In this document: piece by piece, positions 1 through 9,827 of the stretch
How positions within the stretch are numbered: position 1 is the stretch's first letter
Layout: each line of letters starts with the position of its first letter
Assembly: GCA_020049575.1 (NCBI GenBank)
Contig: JAIFKM010000044.1
Coordinates: 20,722-84,721 of the forward strand
Direction: 5' to 3'
Length of the DNA: 64,000 nt
DNA from: Desulfobulbaceae bacterium
GTDB taxonomy: Bacteria; Desulfobacterota; Desulfobulbia; Desulfobulbales; Desulfocapsaceae
Notes under the pieces: model-generated
Databases searched by the model: none
What the model saw: only the letters and a program-made list of their open reading frames with translations
Told to the model about the DNA's origin: nothing
Made by a program: the position numbers and the translations under genes

Positions 1-86
1 CAACCATTGCAAACGAATCGTGGCCTGTCATCTCCCTCCGGTATTTGCAGTGTCACTTTGGCACCGCACTGAGTGCAGAAATTCAA
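1..86 (-). CDS. NUDIX hydrolase with N-terminal zinc ribbon (5' part only; runs off the window)
   Basis: Not in the ORF track. TTG at 86 with GAGGA 7 nt upstream; translates to MNFCTQCGAKVTLQIPEGDDRPRFVCNG..., the typical CxxC...CxxC N-terminus of zinc-ribbon NUDIX enzymes. Confidence 0.75.
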   Translation of the reverse strand, partial: MNFCTQCGAKVTLQIPEGDDRPRFVCNG

Positions 87-218
87 TAGTATGTCCTCTT
101 TGAATTAGAATCTTGTCAAAATGTTGCAGACCCATGCTCAGCAACCGGAACTCTGTATTGAGAGCGCAGATGTTGTTCTCATCCACTGGACCTGGCATGT
201 ATTGGATCTGAAGTGGTG

Positions 219-1610
219 CTATCTTGATTGGTTATGTGGTTCAGGCGCATTTTTGCACTGTACAGACTTGATATAGCAATCGACATCAAATTTTCGACGA
301 CAACCCCTCTCATTCATATATCGAATTTTACCAAACACTGGCCTCTCACTCCAGGCCCGGTCGTGGACCCCGCCGATGGACCACGCTATACCAGTGTAGC
401 CATTTGGATCCCGGCCGTCCAGAGAGTATCGGTCATTCAGCGTTATGGCATAATCCAGGGCTGTTTCGGGATCTGGAGTCCACTCAAGAATTTTTTTTGC
501 CCAATACATTCTTAAGAACCCATGGAGTTTGCCCCGCTGGATGAGATCATGTTGGCAGGCGTTCCAGAGGGACTCGTGCGTTGTGCCTTTTTCCAGATCT
601 GCCAGTGAATACACATACTCTCTTTTATCGATTCGATGCTGGTCCAACGATTTGCGAGCCCACTCCGGAAAGCCTTCAAATTGGTCATAAGCCGGTTCGT
701 AATAGCAGAAATTATCGGCAAGTTCTCTGCGTACGATAAGTTCCTCAAGAAAAGCTTCCTTGGCATCCGCCGGCAGTTCCGAACGTGATACCATCCAGGC
801 CAGTCTTTGCGGAGACAATTGGCCGAAATGGAGATAGGGGGAAAGCCCTGACTGGCCGTCTATACATGGATTGTTGCGGGCATCGTGATAATTTTTCAGC
901 TTGTGATTCAAGAAATGTGTCGCTGCCAGCATGGCGGCTGATTCTCCAGCCTGTATCTGGTTATCCATAGCAGTTGTTTGATATGTCCTGTTTTTTGTAA
1001 AACAACTCTGAGTAACAACGATTGAATCTTTGTCTCCATCGACGGGGTGATGCTGGAGGTTTGGAATATCGGTTAAATAATCAACCAAGACTCGTTTGAT
1101 TTTAGGTCGGAGGGTGTATGCGCCATACTCCTTTTTGTCGGAGATAATCCAGGCAGGAAGAATGTTGTGGGTATCCACTTCATGAAAAGGAATCGTCAAA
1201 TTAGCGGCAAGCTGTTTTTTCCATCTCCTTTTGATTCTTAACGGGTCAAAATCGCTGACAAGCAAATGGGCATCGATCTGCCTCAGAAATATAGGGAGTA
1301 TTATTTCAGGACTCTGTTCGAGTATCCTGAAACCTATATTGAACTGGTTGAGTTTTTCCCGCAATTCTTCAAGACCCTTGAGCATGAAACTGTAGTGGCA
1401 GGAGGTCGCTCCCGGATAGTCGGGAATCAGACAGAACACAACAAGCAATCCTTTCTGATGAATAATGGCTTCTTGTTGGGCCCATAAGAGTGCCCAGTTG
1501 TCGAATATTCGCTGATCACGTGACATCCAGTAAACCACGGGACCTTTACCTCGCTGGCCCTCGGAAAGAATTCGCGCTCTTCGCACAATATCAATATTTC
1601 GTCGATTCAT
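219..1610 (-). CDS. phr: Class II CPD (deoxyribodipyrimidine) photolyase
   Basis: YWMSRDQR..DNWAL, SGLSPYLHFGQ, EELIVRRELADNFC, RMYWAKKILEW and DGRDPNG motifs are diagnostic of class II photolyases. Confidence 0.93.
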   Translation of the reverse strand: MNRRNIDIVRRARILSEGQRGKGPVVYWMSRDQRIFDNWALLWAQQEAIIHQKGLLVVFCLIPDYPGATSCHYSFMLKGLEELREKLNQFNIGFRILEQSPEIILPIFLRQIDAHLLVSDFDPLRIKRRWKKQLAANLTIPFHEVDTHNILPAWIISDKKEYGAYTLRPKIKRVLVDYLTDIPNLQHHPVDGDKDSIVVTQSCFTKNRTYQTTAMDNQIQAGESAAMLAATHFLNHKLKNYHDARNNPCIDGQSGLSPYLHFGQLSPQRLAWMVSRSELPADAKEAFLEELIVRRELADNFCYYEPAYDQFEGFPEWARKSLDQHRIDKREYVYSLADLEKGTTHESLWNACQHDLIQRGKLHGFLRMYWAKKILEWTPDPETALDYAITLNDRYSLDGRDPNGYTGIAWSIGGVHDRAWSERPVFGKIRYMNERGCRRKFDVDCYIKSVQCKNAPEPHNQSR

Positions 1611-1980
1611 TGCTTGCAGTAGAGAAATTTGAGGAATGTATGGGAAATGGCGGTGTCTGCAAATGTTAAAATAGTGCAGTGCTATTCAAATTCAAGATCG
1701 ATGCAGATGAAATATCGACCGACCGGAAGCCGGTGAAACTAAAAAGTGATAGGCAATGCCGATATGATGGCCTACATCTTCAAGAGGGTCAGGGCAATAC
1801 AATCTGGAAATATTGCTTCAACCACTGTCGTCGTAGCTGGTTAAAGAGCTGGCAACTCGGCATTTTCAAGTCTCTGTGTTGACAGTTCCTGTTTATAGAG
1901 TAAATAATTTGGTAAGATTTCTGCACCCTGGCAGAGATGGTAAAAAATACCCAGAGAAGTCGTTTTTACGGGAGCAATGG

Positions 1981-3102
1981 ATGACCTTCCAGCGGCACAG
2001 AATCAACAAGAGGGTGATCAATGACCTGAGAAAGAGAACAACCTTGGGCATTTTCTTTTATCTGGTTGTTCCGTACTGCATTTTTTTCACGGACAATTAC
2101 ATCGAACGTCATCTTGAATTTTCGCTCCTTTCGCTCGGCATATTCACAGCCATATGCTTCTTCCGTCTTGTTCATCTCTATATTTCAAGGAAAACCCCAG
2201 AAAAATTTGAATCCCTGAATCACCAGATATTTTTTAGCAGTGTGGTTCTTACTGCTTTGGTCTGGGGATTAATAGCGGCTTATTCTCTCGTTCAAGACGG
2301 TGAACAAAAAGCTCAGTTGCTCATGACCATCTGCACAGCTGGATTCTGTTCCGGAGGGGTTATTTCCTTCATGCCCGAAAGGCGACTCTCCATTCTGTAC
2401 AATCTCCTGATGCTTCTTCCCGCTTCCGCGATTATTCTGACCAAGGGGGATAACTTCACTCTGGGAGCGGCTATGCTGTTGTTTTCAGCATATCTTGTTC
2501 TGATAAGCATGCGAGGCAATGATGAATACTGGACGGCTCTGGAAAATGAATATCTTCTGGAAAAAAAATCAGAGGAATTGCGGCAGGCCAGCCGTATAGA
2601 TGTACTGACCAGTCTGTATAATCGTCGCCATTTCGATGAACTTTTTCACCTGACCATGGGGCTTTGCGCTCGGCGGGGGACGCCAATAACCCTCATAATT
2701 TGTGACATCGACCATTTCAAGAACATCAATGACACTTTCGGTCATCTTGCTGGAGATGAGTATTTAAAATTCATCAGTCGGTATCTGCAAGAGGTGTTTC
2801 GGCGGGAAACAGATGTTGTGGGAAGATATGGAGGCGATGAATTTGTGATACTGGTGCCGGACGAAGATATACATGCCACTCGAAATTTGACAGAACGTTT
2901 CAGAAGCAAAGTCGCGAGTGCCGTACTGACGTACAATGAGGCAAAGATTAAAGCTACTGTAAGCTTAGGTATGGTTTGCTGTATCCCTCAGGCTGGCCAG
3001 AATCCTGAAGTCCTTATAGACAAAGCAGATACCGCTCTATATAAAGCCAAGGACGCCGGTCGGAACACGATCATTGTTCATGGGGAGTGCCAGGAGCGAT
3101 GA
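1981..3102 (+). CDS. Membrane-bound diguanylate cyclase (GGDEF)
   Basis: About 6 hydrophobic TM segments, then DVLTSLYNRR, DIDHFKNINDTFGH, RETD I-site and RYGGDEF. Start placed at ATG 1981 (GGGAG upstream) rather than ORF-track 1876. Confidence 0.9.
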   Translation: MTFQRHRINKRVINDLRKRTTLGIFFYLVVPYCIFFTDNYIERHLEFSLLSLGIFTAICFFRLVHLYISRKTPEKFESLNHQIFFSSVVLTALVWGLIAAYSLVQDGEQKAQLLMTICTAGFCSGGVISFMPERRLSILYNLLMLLPASAIILTKGDNFTLGAAMLLFSAYLVLISMRGNDEYWTALENEYLLEKKSEELRQASRIDVLTSLYNRRHFDELFHLTMGLCARRGTPITLIICDIDHFKNINDTFGHLAGDEYLKFISRYLQEVFRRETDVVGRYGGDEFVILVPDEDIHATRNLTERFRSKVASAVLTYNEAKIKATVSLGMVCCIPQAGQNPEVLIDKADTALYKAKDAGRNTIIVHGECQER

Positions 3103-3150
3103 GTGGGCACTTCGTCAATGCAGTATGTGTATGTTGCGAGTTCCACTTTT

Positions 3151-4059
3151 TCAACCAACCCCGGAAGTGGCAAGATACTTTTCCACATATCCTATAGGCC
3201 GATAGCTATGCTTGGCCTGCCGTAGTCCCTCATCTCCAAGATCTTGCTCACGGTTCAAAGTTGAATAGGAATCAGTGATGATCGAGGCAAAAGCCTGATT
3301 AACAAACTGATAAATTCCTTTGTACTGGTTGAGTGCTTTTTCAAAATGAATTACAAAACTTGTTCCACTCGCCAGTTCCTCCCCAAGGGAATAGGCTGCC
3401 GGATTGCCTTCGACATAGTAAATCCCGCCACAGAGTTGAAGCTCTTCGCTTTTCTCCAAGGCCTCCCTGGCTGCGAAATAATCACCGATGGAATCATGTT
3501 CGTTGCGCCATGATTCCAGAATTCCTAACGCATCAGGCAGATATTGTTCCAGTAGAGGACGGCCTTCATATCTGTAATTGTTTATGAAGGCTTTGATAAG
3601 GTTTCGCTTTTTCTGAAACTTCCTGCCGGTCAGTTCCGCCAGTTCTTGGCGGGAGTAGAGATAATCAAAATTGTCCCGGTCTTCAGAAATTGCAAAGCCC
3701 ATGGCTTCCAGAACTGTCTTTTGAGATACAGAAACACATTTCATCCTCTGGTGATTTATCAATAAAGTGTTGAGAAATTGTTTTTCCGGTAAGCCGAAAG
3801 GGGCCATGAAAAATTGGTTCCCACTATCCTGACCAAGAATGATCACATCTGCATCTGGAGAGCGTGTTACTCTATAGCGGTGCTGATCTCTGAACAGGTA
3901 GATGTTGGCAAAAGTAAACTCGGATATGCCGTCGGGTAGCGCCTGAAACATTGGATGCAGCAGTGGACGTAATTCGAGAGAAATATCCCTGGTCTTCGGG
4001 TACTCGGGTATCATCTCTGCTGTGCGGTCAGGATGCAGTATCTGGGGTATTGCTTTCAT
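3151..4059 (-). CDS. DUF2156 / aminoacyl-phosphatidylglycerol synthase C-terminal-like (double GNAT) protein
   Basis: SEFTFANIYLF, DRDNFDYLY, HFEKA and NREQDLGDEGLRQAKHSY motifs. Start may be ATG 4014. Confidence 0.8.
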   Translation of the reverse strand: MKAIPQILHPDRTAEMIPEYPKTRDISLELRPLLHPMFQALPDGISEFTFANIYLFRDQHRYRVTRSPDADVIILGQDSGNQFFMAPFGLPEKQFLNTLLINHQRMKCVSVSQKTVLEAMGFAISEDRDNFDYLYSRQELAELTGRKFQKKRNLIKAFINNYRYEGRPLLEQYLPDALGILESWRNEHDSIGDYFAAREALEKSEELQLCGGIYYVEGNPAAYSLGEELASGTSFVIHFEKALNQYKGIYQFVNQAFASIITDSYSTLNREQDLGDEGLRQAKHSYRPIGYVEKYLATSGVG

Positions 4060-4353
4060 CTCAGATTAAAGGAGTATACTTCTAAAAATTTCTCGAAAGA
4101 AATGAGTAGGGACGGGAGAACCGCAATGGATCAGCAAACAGATTGTACCTCAATTGTTTAAGATGCCATCCTTTTTTTGAATACATCTGATAAAAGACAG
4201 GTTGCTGTAGGAATCATTGCAGGATATATCCTGGATTTCAGGTAATATATTGAAGCTAATATCATCTTATAAATGATTATGCTAGAATATGAAATCAAGC
4301 AAGAAGTTTGCTTGAATCAACCAGAAACCCACATTATTCCGAGAGGAAAACCT

Positions 4354-5253
4354 ATGAATCTCCTTAGATTGTCAATTTTCGTTCTTTTTTTCACTGCGGT
4401 CGTGGCTGAAAAATCGGTGCTTGCGAGTCAACAGAAGGCTGATTGGTCAACCCGGTTTGGCACAGGATATTTATTATCAGATGATGCAGACTTTGATAAT
4501 GGCGGGAACTATTCGAGTCAAAGTTTTTTTATCAGTGGAAGCACTCGGAAAGCGATTGGCCAGAATTCCTCACTTGGTGTGGGAGTGGATTACACTGCTA
4601 TAGACTACGATTTCGGTGGTTTTGCGGTGACCCCTTGGGGACGAGCTGATTTTCTGACGCTCAGTGTTCCTTTTTCAACAGCCATTGGAGAAGAGGGACA
4701 GTTCGGCTTTATCGGCAGTCTTGGTACTGCGAGTGAGGAAAGTGCTGATTTTGCCGAGGGCGTAACGGTTACTACCGTGGTTTCGTATATGCATAGATTT
4801 GCCCCTGCACTGAGTGCTGGGCTTGGGGCGGGCTATGTCTATGGGCTTGAAGATTCGACTTTCTTTCCCATGCTTCTGGTGCGTTGGCAAATTACTGATC
4901 ACCTGCTCTTAGCGAACCCATTCCGTCCGGGTCCTTTTGGACCAGCTGGTTTGGAGTTGAGCTATCGTTTCAATGAACAGCTCGATTTCGGTCTTGGCGG
5001 TGTTTATCGGAGTGTGCGTTTTGCCCTCGATGACACATCGCCAGTTGCTCCTGCCGGTTTCGCAGAATTCGAGGGATTCCCCGTGTTCGCAAGAATTGGC
5101 TGGGACGCGACACAATCCATTTCTCTTAATGGCTATCTCGGAATGACTCTTGGCGGACAACTCAACATCGATGATAGTGGTGGTCATGAATTATCAGAAG
5201 ATGATTATGATACCCAGGCGATCATCGGTTTGAACATCTCAGGACGTTTCTAG
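4354..5253 (+). CDS. Outer-membrane beta-barrel protein (DUF6268-like)
   Basis: Signal peptide, alternating amphipathic strands, C-terminal ...LNISGRF; GAGG upstream of ATG 4354. Confidence 0.65.
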   Translation: MNLLRLSIFVLFFTAVVAEKSVLASQQKADWSTRFGTGYLLSDDADFDNGGNYSSQSFFISGSTRKAIGQNSSLGVGVDYTAIDYDFGGFAVTPWGRADFLTLSVPFSTAIGEEGQFGFIGSLGTASEESADFAEGVTVTTVVSYMHRFAPALSAGLGAGYVYGLEDSTFFPMLLVRWQITDHLLLANPFRPGPFGPAGLELSYRFNEQLDFGLGGVYRSVRFALDDTSPVAPAGFAEFEGFPVFARIGWDATQSISLNGYLGMTLGGQLNIDDSGGHELSEDDYDTQAIIGLNISGRF

Positions 5254-5327
5254 GAGTCTGTCTGAGTTCACCATCTCTTGCTAACTGCGGGGATGGATTG
5301 CTGAAACGCTCCATCTAAGGGAGATAT

Positions 5328-5888
5328 ATGGATAATGGAAGAATTGCAGTGGGCCAAAGATGGGATATCTTCCCGGATCGGGTGATCTTGGAGACTCCCG
5401 TGATGACAATTAAAGCCGGACCAGTTTGCTGCAGAAGAAGCGGCAAACAAAAAGATTTTTATCTGCTGGATTTCCCGGATTGGGTCAATGTTGTCGCTCT
5501 GACACCTGAAAGAAAGGTAGTTATGATCAGGCAGTTTCGCTATGGCTCAAACAGAATGGAAGTTGAAATACCCGGTGGGATGGTTAATGCGCAGGAACCG
5601 CCTATAGAGGCCGGTTGTAGAGAACTGCTTGAAGAGACCGGATATGCCGGGTGTAATGCCAGGATTATCGGCAGAGTTTGTCCAAATCCAGCCTTGCAGC
5701 GCAATTATTGTTATACTGTATTGGTTCAAAAAGCTGTGAAAGTTACAGAACCGAGCATGGACGACATGGAAGATATCGAGTCTTTTCTACTCACGGAGAA
5801 GGAGATCTCGAGCCGTATTGCCGCAGGCGACATTGATCATGGCTTGGTGTTAAACGCACTGATGTTCTATCTGAATTCCAGGGTTTGA
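5328..5888 (+). CDS. NUDIX hydrolase (ADP-ribose pyrophosphatase-like)
   Basis: Nudix box GGMVNAQEPPIEAGCRELLEETG plus DWVNVVA, RQFRYG and PNPA motifs. Confidence 0.88.
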   Translation: MDNGRIAVGQRWDIFPDRVILETPVMTIKAGPVCCRRSGKQKDFYLLDFPDWVNVVALTPERKVVMIRQFRYGSNRMEVEIPGGMVNAQEPPIEAGCRELLEETGYAGCNARIIGRVCPNPALQRNYCYTVLVQKAVKVTEPSMDDMEDIESFLLTEKEISSRIAAGDIDHGLVLNALMFYLNSRV

Positions 5889-6132
5889 GCCAATCGAAGT
5901 AGTCTCTGTTGTCACTCTTTCCCGCTGTTATAGTGAATGGAAGTAAGAAATATTTTACGCCACTTCGGTTACTGCCAGGTGGAAAAAAGGAAATTATTCG
6001 AGATTCTCAAAAGTAGCGAAAAAGGAGGATTAAGAAGGAAGGAACCTTATTGTGTCCTGGCTGATTTTTCATGCTCTGAATGAGCTCTCCAGCCATCAAC
6101 AGAGGCCCGATTTTCTCTGAGGTCAATGCACA

Positions 6133-8616
6133 ATGCACATACATACTTTGTTCAAATATTGGACCTATCGCCTTTTTGCTCCTGGCGTTGTTCTGCGTGA
6201 AACCTATGAGGCTTTTCGACAACTTCTGTCACAGGACAGTCGGAGTCATGAACTCATGGCTGATCTCGAGGCCTTGTATTATCAAGGGAAAAAAGAAGAT
6301 TTCTGCCGTATTGCCAAGAGATATAAAGATCTGTCGACAAGTGTCGGCGGCATGGTGGAGAGCCTTGAGCACATGGCTCCCGGTTCGTTTGTAACGTTGC
6401 GTGAATATTTCCGCAAATTTGATTTTTACAACAAACTTCTGCTGGCTCCGCCAACTCTTCGTTTCGGTCCGCCCTTTGCCCTGCCTCTTGACGGCAGTAC
6501 TGCTCTGCACCTTGAGCTTGTCGGTGCAAAATCAACCCACCTTGCCGAGTTGGCCAATGCCCTGCATCTGGCTGTGCCTTGCGGTTTTGTCATCACTGTC
6601 AATTGTCTTAACTATCTGTTGGAGTATAATGATCTGCGGAGCAGAATCAACGAGTTGCTTGCCCAGATTGACCTTGCCGAGCCTGATACACTGAGGAGCA
6701 TCTCTGGCAGCTTGATGGATCTTATTAAAAAAGCAGATGTACCACCTGACATTAACGATTCGATTTTCGAGGTTTTCAACCGGATATTCGTCTCCAGGTC
6801 GGATGATCTTCGTTTGGCGGTTCGCAGCAGTGCGGTCCACGAAGACAGCGAATGTTCTTTTGCCGGTCAGTACACCACCGTCCTCAATGCTCAAAAGACG
6901 GATCTCCTGCAGTCGTATCTCAATGTGCTGGCGAGCAAATATACCGAACAGGCCTTGTCGTACAGGATTAATGCCGGCCTCAGTGACGAAGAAACGGCCA
7001 TGGCTGTTTTGGTTGTGGAGATGGTTGATTCCTTGGCCAGCGGTGTCGTTTATACTGTTTCCCCAGCATTTGATGACACTTATCATCTCTTTATCCATGC
7101 TGTGCACGGGCAGGGAGATGATCTTGTCAGTGGGCGAACAATCCCCGAGGTTCTGGCAATCGATAAGAAGAATCCCGCCCTTTGTGAATCAGATCCCCAT
7201 GGCATCGCCTTGGATCTCAAAACAACGCTGCTGACCTCTTCACAGGCGAAGGATCTTGCCTGTAATGCCTTGCGCATAGAAACTCACTTCGGGGAAGCCT
7301 GCGATATCGAATGGGCCCTGACAGGGAGTGGAGAACTTATGTTCCTGCAAAGTCGTCCTCTGCATACTCAGCAAGCGTCGTTCGACTCCGCTGACCAGTC
7401 TGAAATCGAGGACACTCTCATGCAACCACTGTTGAAAGGGGGAATCACGGCGGCACTGGGGCAGGCCGTTGGTCCAGCCTACTGCCTTGATCCTGCCCAT
7501 CCGCTTGCACAGATTCCAGAAGGCTCAATTCTGGTGGCCAGGGAGACTCTGCCTTCCTATGTTTCGATTCTTGGGCGGGTGAGTGGGGTGCTGGCGGAGT
7601 TTGGCAGTGCGGCCAGCCACTTTGCCACAGTTTGTCGTGAATACGGTATCCCTCTTCTTTGTGGTTTGGGGGATTCGATAGATGTGGTATCACACGGCCA
7701 GGTCATAACCATGCAGGCAGCAGAAAAGGTAGTCTATCTGGGTGATTTTCTGCCCCGTCTCAAGGCAGCACCCCCTCTTTATGAAACTCAGCGGCATCTG
7801 CCATTTTTCATGAAAATGCGGAAGCTTCTTGATGGTATCACGCCCTTGCACTTGATAGATGTTCAATCCGCTGATTTTGCTCCTGAATCATGTCGCTCTC
7901 TGCATGACATTATTCGTTTTGCCCATGAAAAAGCCGTCAGTATCATGTTTTCTTTGGGCGATCGGCTGGGGAGTCCCTCCCGTAATCGCAAAAAATTGCT
8001 TTCGGAACTGCCCTTTGATATCTTTGTCGTGGATGTCGGTGGCGGCTTGGATCCTGAAGTTTTGCGACAGGATACTTTCCGGGTCGAACAGGTTAGGTCT
8101 GAGCCGTTTCTGGCTCTCTGGGCTGGGCTGTGCCATCCATCTGTGCAATGGCCGGATCACGCCCATTTCGACTGGAAACACTTCGGCGAAATGATTATGG
8201 CCGATGGAATCGCCAGCACCAATGCTCCGGAATTAGCCAGCTATGCCGTACTTGGGGGGGATTATACGCATCTCATCATGCGTTTTGGCTATCATTTTAC
8301 CTTGGTCGATGCCCTTTGCGGCGAGGAGAGTGCCTGTAACTATTGTCAATTTCGATTTGCCGGCGGCGGTGCGGGTTTTCCAGGCCGCATGCTACGTCTT
8401 GATTTCATTTCCACCCTACTCAAGCAGGAGGGATTTCAGATCGACTCACGGGGTGATCTTCTTGATGCCCGACTGGCCGGTCTGCCGGTAGCGGAGATGA
8501 AAGCCCACCTGCTTTCTCTGGGGCGCCTGCTGGGAGTCACCAGGCTCATGGATATGGTTCTTCATGATCAGGAGGAGGTTGAGCGATATGTGCAGAAATT
8601 TCTGGCGGAATCTTAA
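6133..8616 (+). CDS. PEP-synthase/pyruvate,water dikinase-like protein (ATP-grasp + phospho-His swivel, non-canonical C-terminus)
   Basis: VGAKS, AVRSSAVHEDS..SFAGQY, DIEWA and LQSRP ATP-grasp motifs; GSAASHFATVCREYGIP phospho-His motif. Confidence 0.85.
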   Translation: MHIHTLFKYWTYRLFAPGVVLRETYEAFRQLLSQDSRSHELMADLEALYYQGKKEDFCRIAKRYKDLSTSVGGMVESLEHMAPGSFVTLREYFRKFDFYNKLLLAPPTLRFGPPFALPLDGSTALHLELVGAKSTHLAELANALHLAVPCGFVITVNCLNYLLEYNDLRSRINELLAQIDLAEPDTLRSISGSLMDLIKKADVPPDINDSIFEVFNRIFVSRSDDLRLAVRSSAVHEDSECSFAGQYTTVLNAQKTDLLQSYLNVLASKYTEQALSYRINAGLSDEETAMAVLVVEMVDSLASGVVYTVSPAFDDTYHLFIHAVHGQGDDLVSGRTIPEVLAIDKKNPALCESDPHGIALDLKTTLLTSSQAKDLACNALRIETHFGEACDIEWALTGSGELMFLQSRPLHTQQASFDSADQSEIEDTLMQPLLKGGITAALGQAVGPAYCLDPAHPLAQIPEGSILVARETLPSYVSILGRVSGVLAEFGSAASHFATVCREYGIPLLCGLGDSIDVVSHGQVITMQAAEKVVYLGDFLPRLKAAPPLYETQRHLPFFMKMRKLLDGITPLHLIDVQSADFAPESCRSLHDIIRFAHEKAVSIMFSLGDRLGSPSRNRKKLLSELPFDIFVVDVGGGLDPEVLRQDTFRVEQVRSEPFLALWAGLCHPSVQWPDHAHFDWKHFGEMIMADGIASTNAPELASYAVLGGDYTHLIMRFGYHFTLVDALCGEESACNYCQFRFAGGGAGFPGRMLRLDFISTLLKQEGFQIDSRGDLLDARLAGLPVAEMKAHLLSLGRLLGVTRLMDMVLHDQEEVERYVQKFLAES

Positions 8617-8628
8617 CGGAGTGTTCTC

Positions 8629-9660
8629 ATGGCATATACTGTAACCTGGATTACCAACCAACTGGCTGTTGGCTCAGCGCCCATGTCCTATGACGATCTT
8701 GATGCTGTCAAAGCCCAGGGAGTTGACGCTATTGTCAATCTTTGTGGTGAATTCTGCGACCTGCACGAGATAGAGGCGCAATCCGGTTTTGAGGTGTATT
8801 ATCTTCCCATTCCTGATGAATGCGCTCCTGATATCCAACAGATGGAAGAGGCCCTGCAATGGCTTGATGAGGCTCTGTATCTGAAGAAGAAGGTCCTCGT
8901 ACACTGCAGGCATGGCTTGGGTCGCACCGGCACATTTGTCTCTACGTATCTGCTGCGACGTGGTTTTGGCTTAAAGCTCACCGAGAAGAGATTGAAGACC
9001 GCCAGGGTGACTCCAAGCAGTTATAGCCAGTGGCAGATGCTGCGCAAATATGAAAAAAAGCAAGGAACACTGAAGGCCCGCCAGCCAAGTATCGAGAACA
9101 AGGAAACTGTCGATCTGCAGCCTTTTCTCAGGGAATACGCGGAGGTTCTTCGCGAGGCGGAGGCTGCTTCTCTCGCTGCGGGGATTGCCCCGACAGATTT
9201 GGATACCGAGAACTGCTGCCATGAGTTTTTTGAGGTCGAAATGGTAGAAGCTGTTTTTCTCAGCCATACCTTGAATCGGCAACTCACTCGCGAGCAGCGG
9301 ATGTCCGCTATTGACCGGGCCGTCGCTTCTTCCAGTCTGATAAAAGAAGAACAACTGGTCGAGGGTTGCAATCAAGAAGAAGCAGCCCGCCGGTTATCTT
9401 CCCGTCGAGTCCTTTCTTGCCCACTCCTGGTTGATGGGGCGTGCATCCTGCATGCCGATCGGCCTCTCAGGTGTCGTGCGGGGCTGGATGGTGAAACGCA
9501 CAAGAGACTGCAGGAGAAAATACACTTCAGTTCTCGTACTGTTTTCCATGCGCTCACTGGGAAATTTGCTTTGGCTGCCGATCTCCGTTTTTCCAATTTT
9601 GATACTGTTTCAGGTCGTTTTGTTCAGCAATACTTCCACGCTATGAATAAAAATTCGTGA
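8629..9660 (+). CDS. Dual-specificity (Cys-based) protein phosphatase fused to a YkgJ-like Cys-cluster domain
   Basis: VHCRHGLGRTG (CX5R) and PIPD acid loop; C-terminal CC...CPLL...C..H..RP..CR pattern; starts 12 nt after the dikinase stop. Confidence 0.82.
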   Translation: MAYTVTWITNQLAVGSAPMSYDDLDAVKAQGVDAIVNLCGEFCDLHEIEAQSGFEVYYLPIPDECAPDIQQMEEALQWLDEALYLKKKVLVHCRHGLGRTGTFVSTYLLRRGFGLKLTEKRLKTARVTPSSYSQWQMLRKYEKKQGTLKARQPSIENKETVDLQPFLREYAEVLREAEAASLAAGIAPTDLDTENCCHEFFEVEMVEAVFLSHTLNRQLTREQRMSAIDRAVASSSLIKEEQLVEGCNQEEAARRLSSRRVLSCPLLVDGACILHADRPLRCRAGLDGETHKRLQEKIHFSSRTVFHALTGKFALAADLRFSNFDTVSGRFVQQYFHAMNKNS

Positions 9661-9827
9661 GCTTTATCAATGAGATATTTATGTCTCGTGGGTCATGCCC
9701 GCGGTAAATACATTTGCGAATCGAATGCTCCTGTTATACATTACTGCATATTGCCAAGCGTCTCCTGATCTGGTTTTTGCTTGAGGCGACACCTCCCATA
9801 ACTTTTCAAGATATAACAATTGATTAG

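Noticed and set aside
4217-4236. Match to the IncP oriT / T-DNA border core (CAGGATATAT, TATCCTGC)
   Set aside because: Only 8-10 nt, with no relaxase or transfer genes nearby; likely chance.
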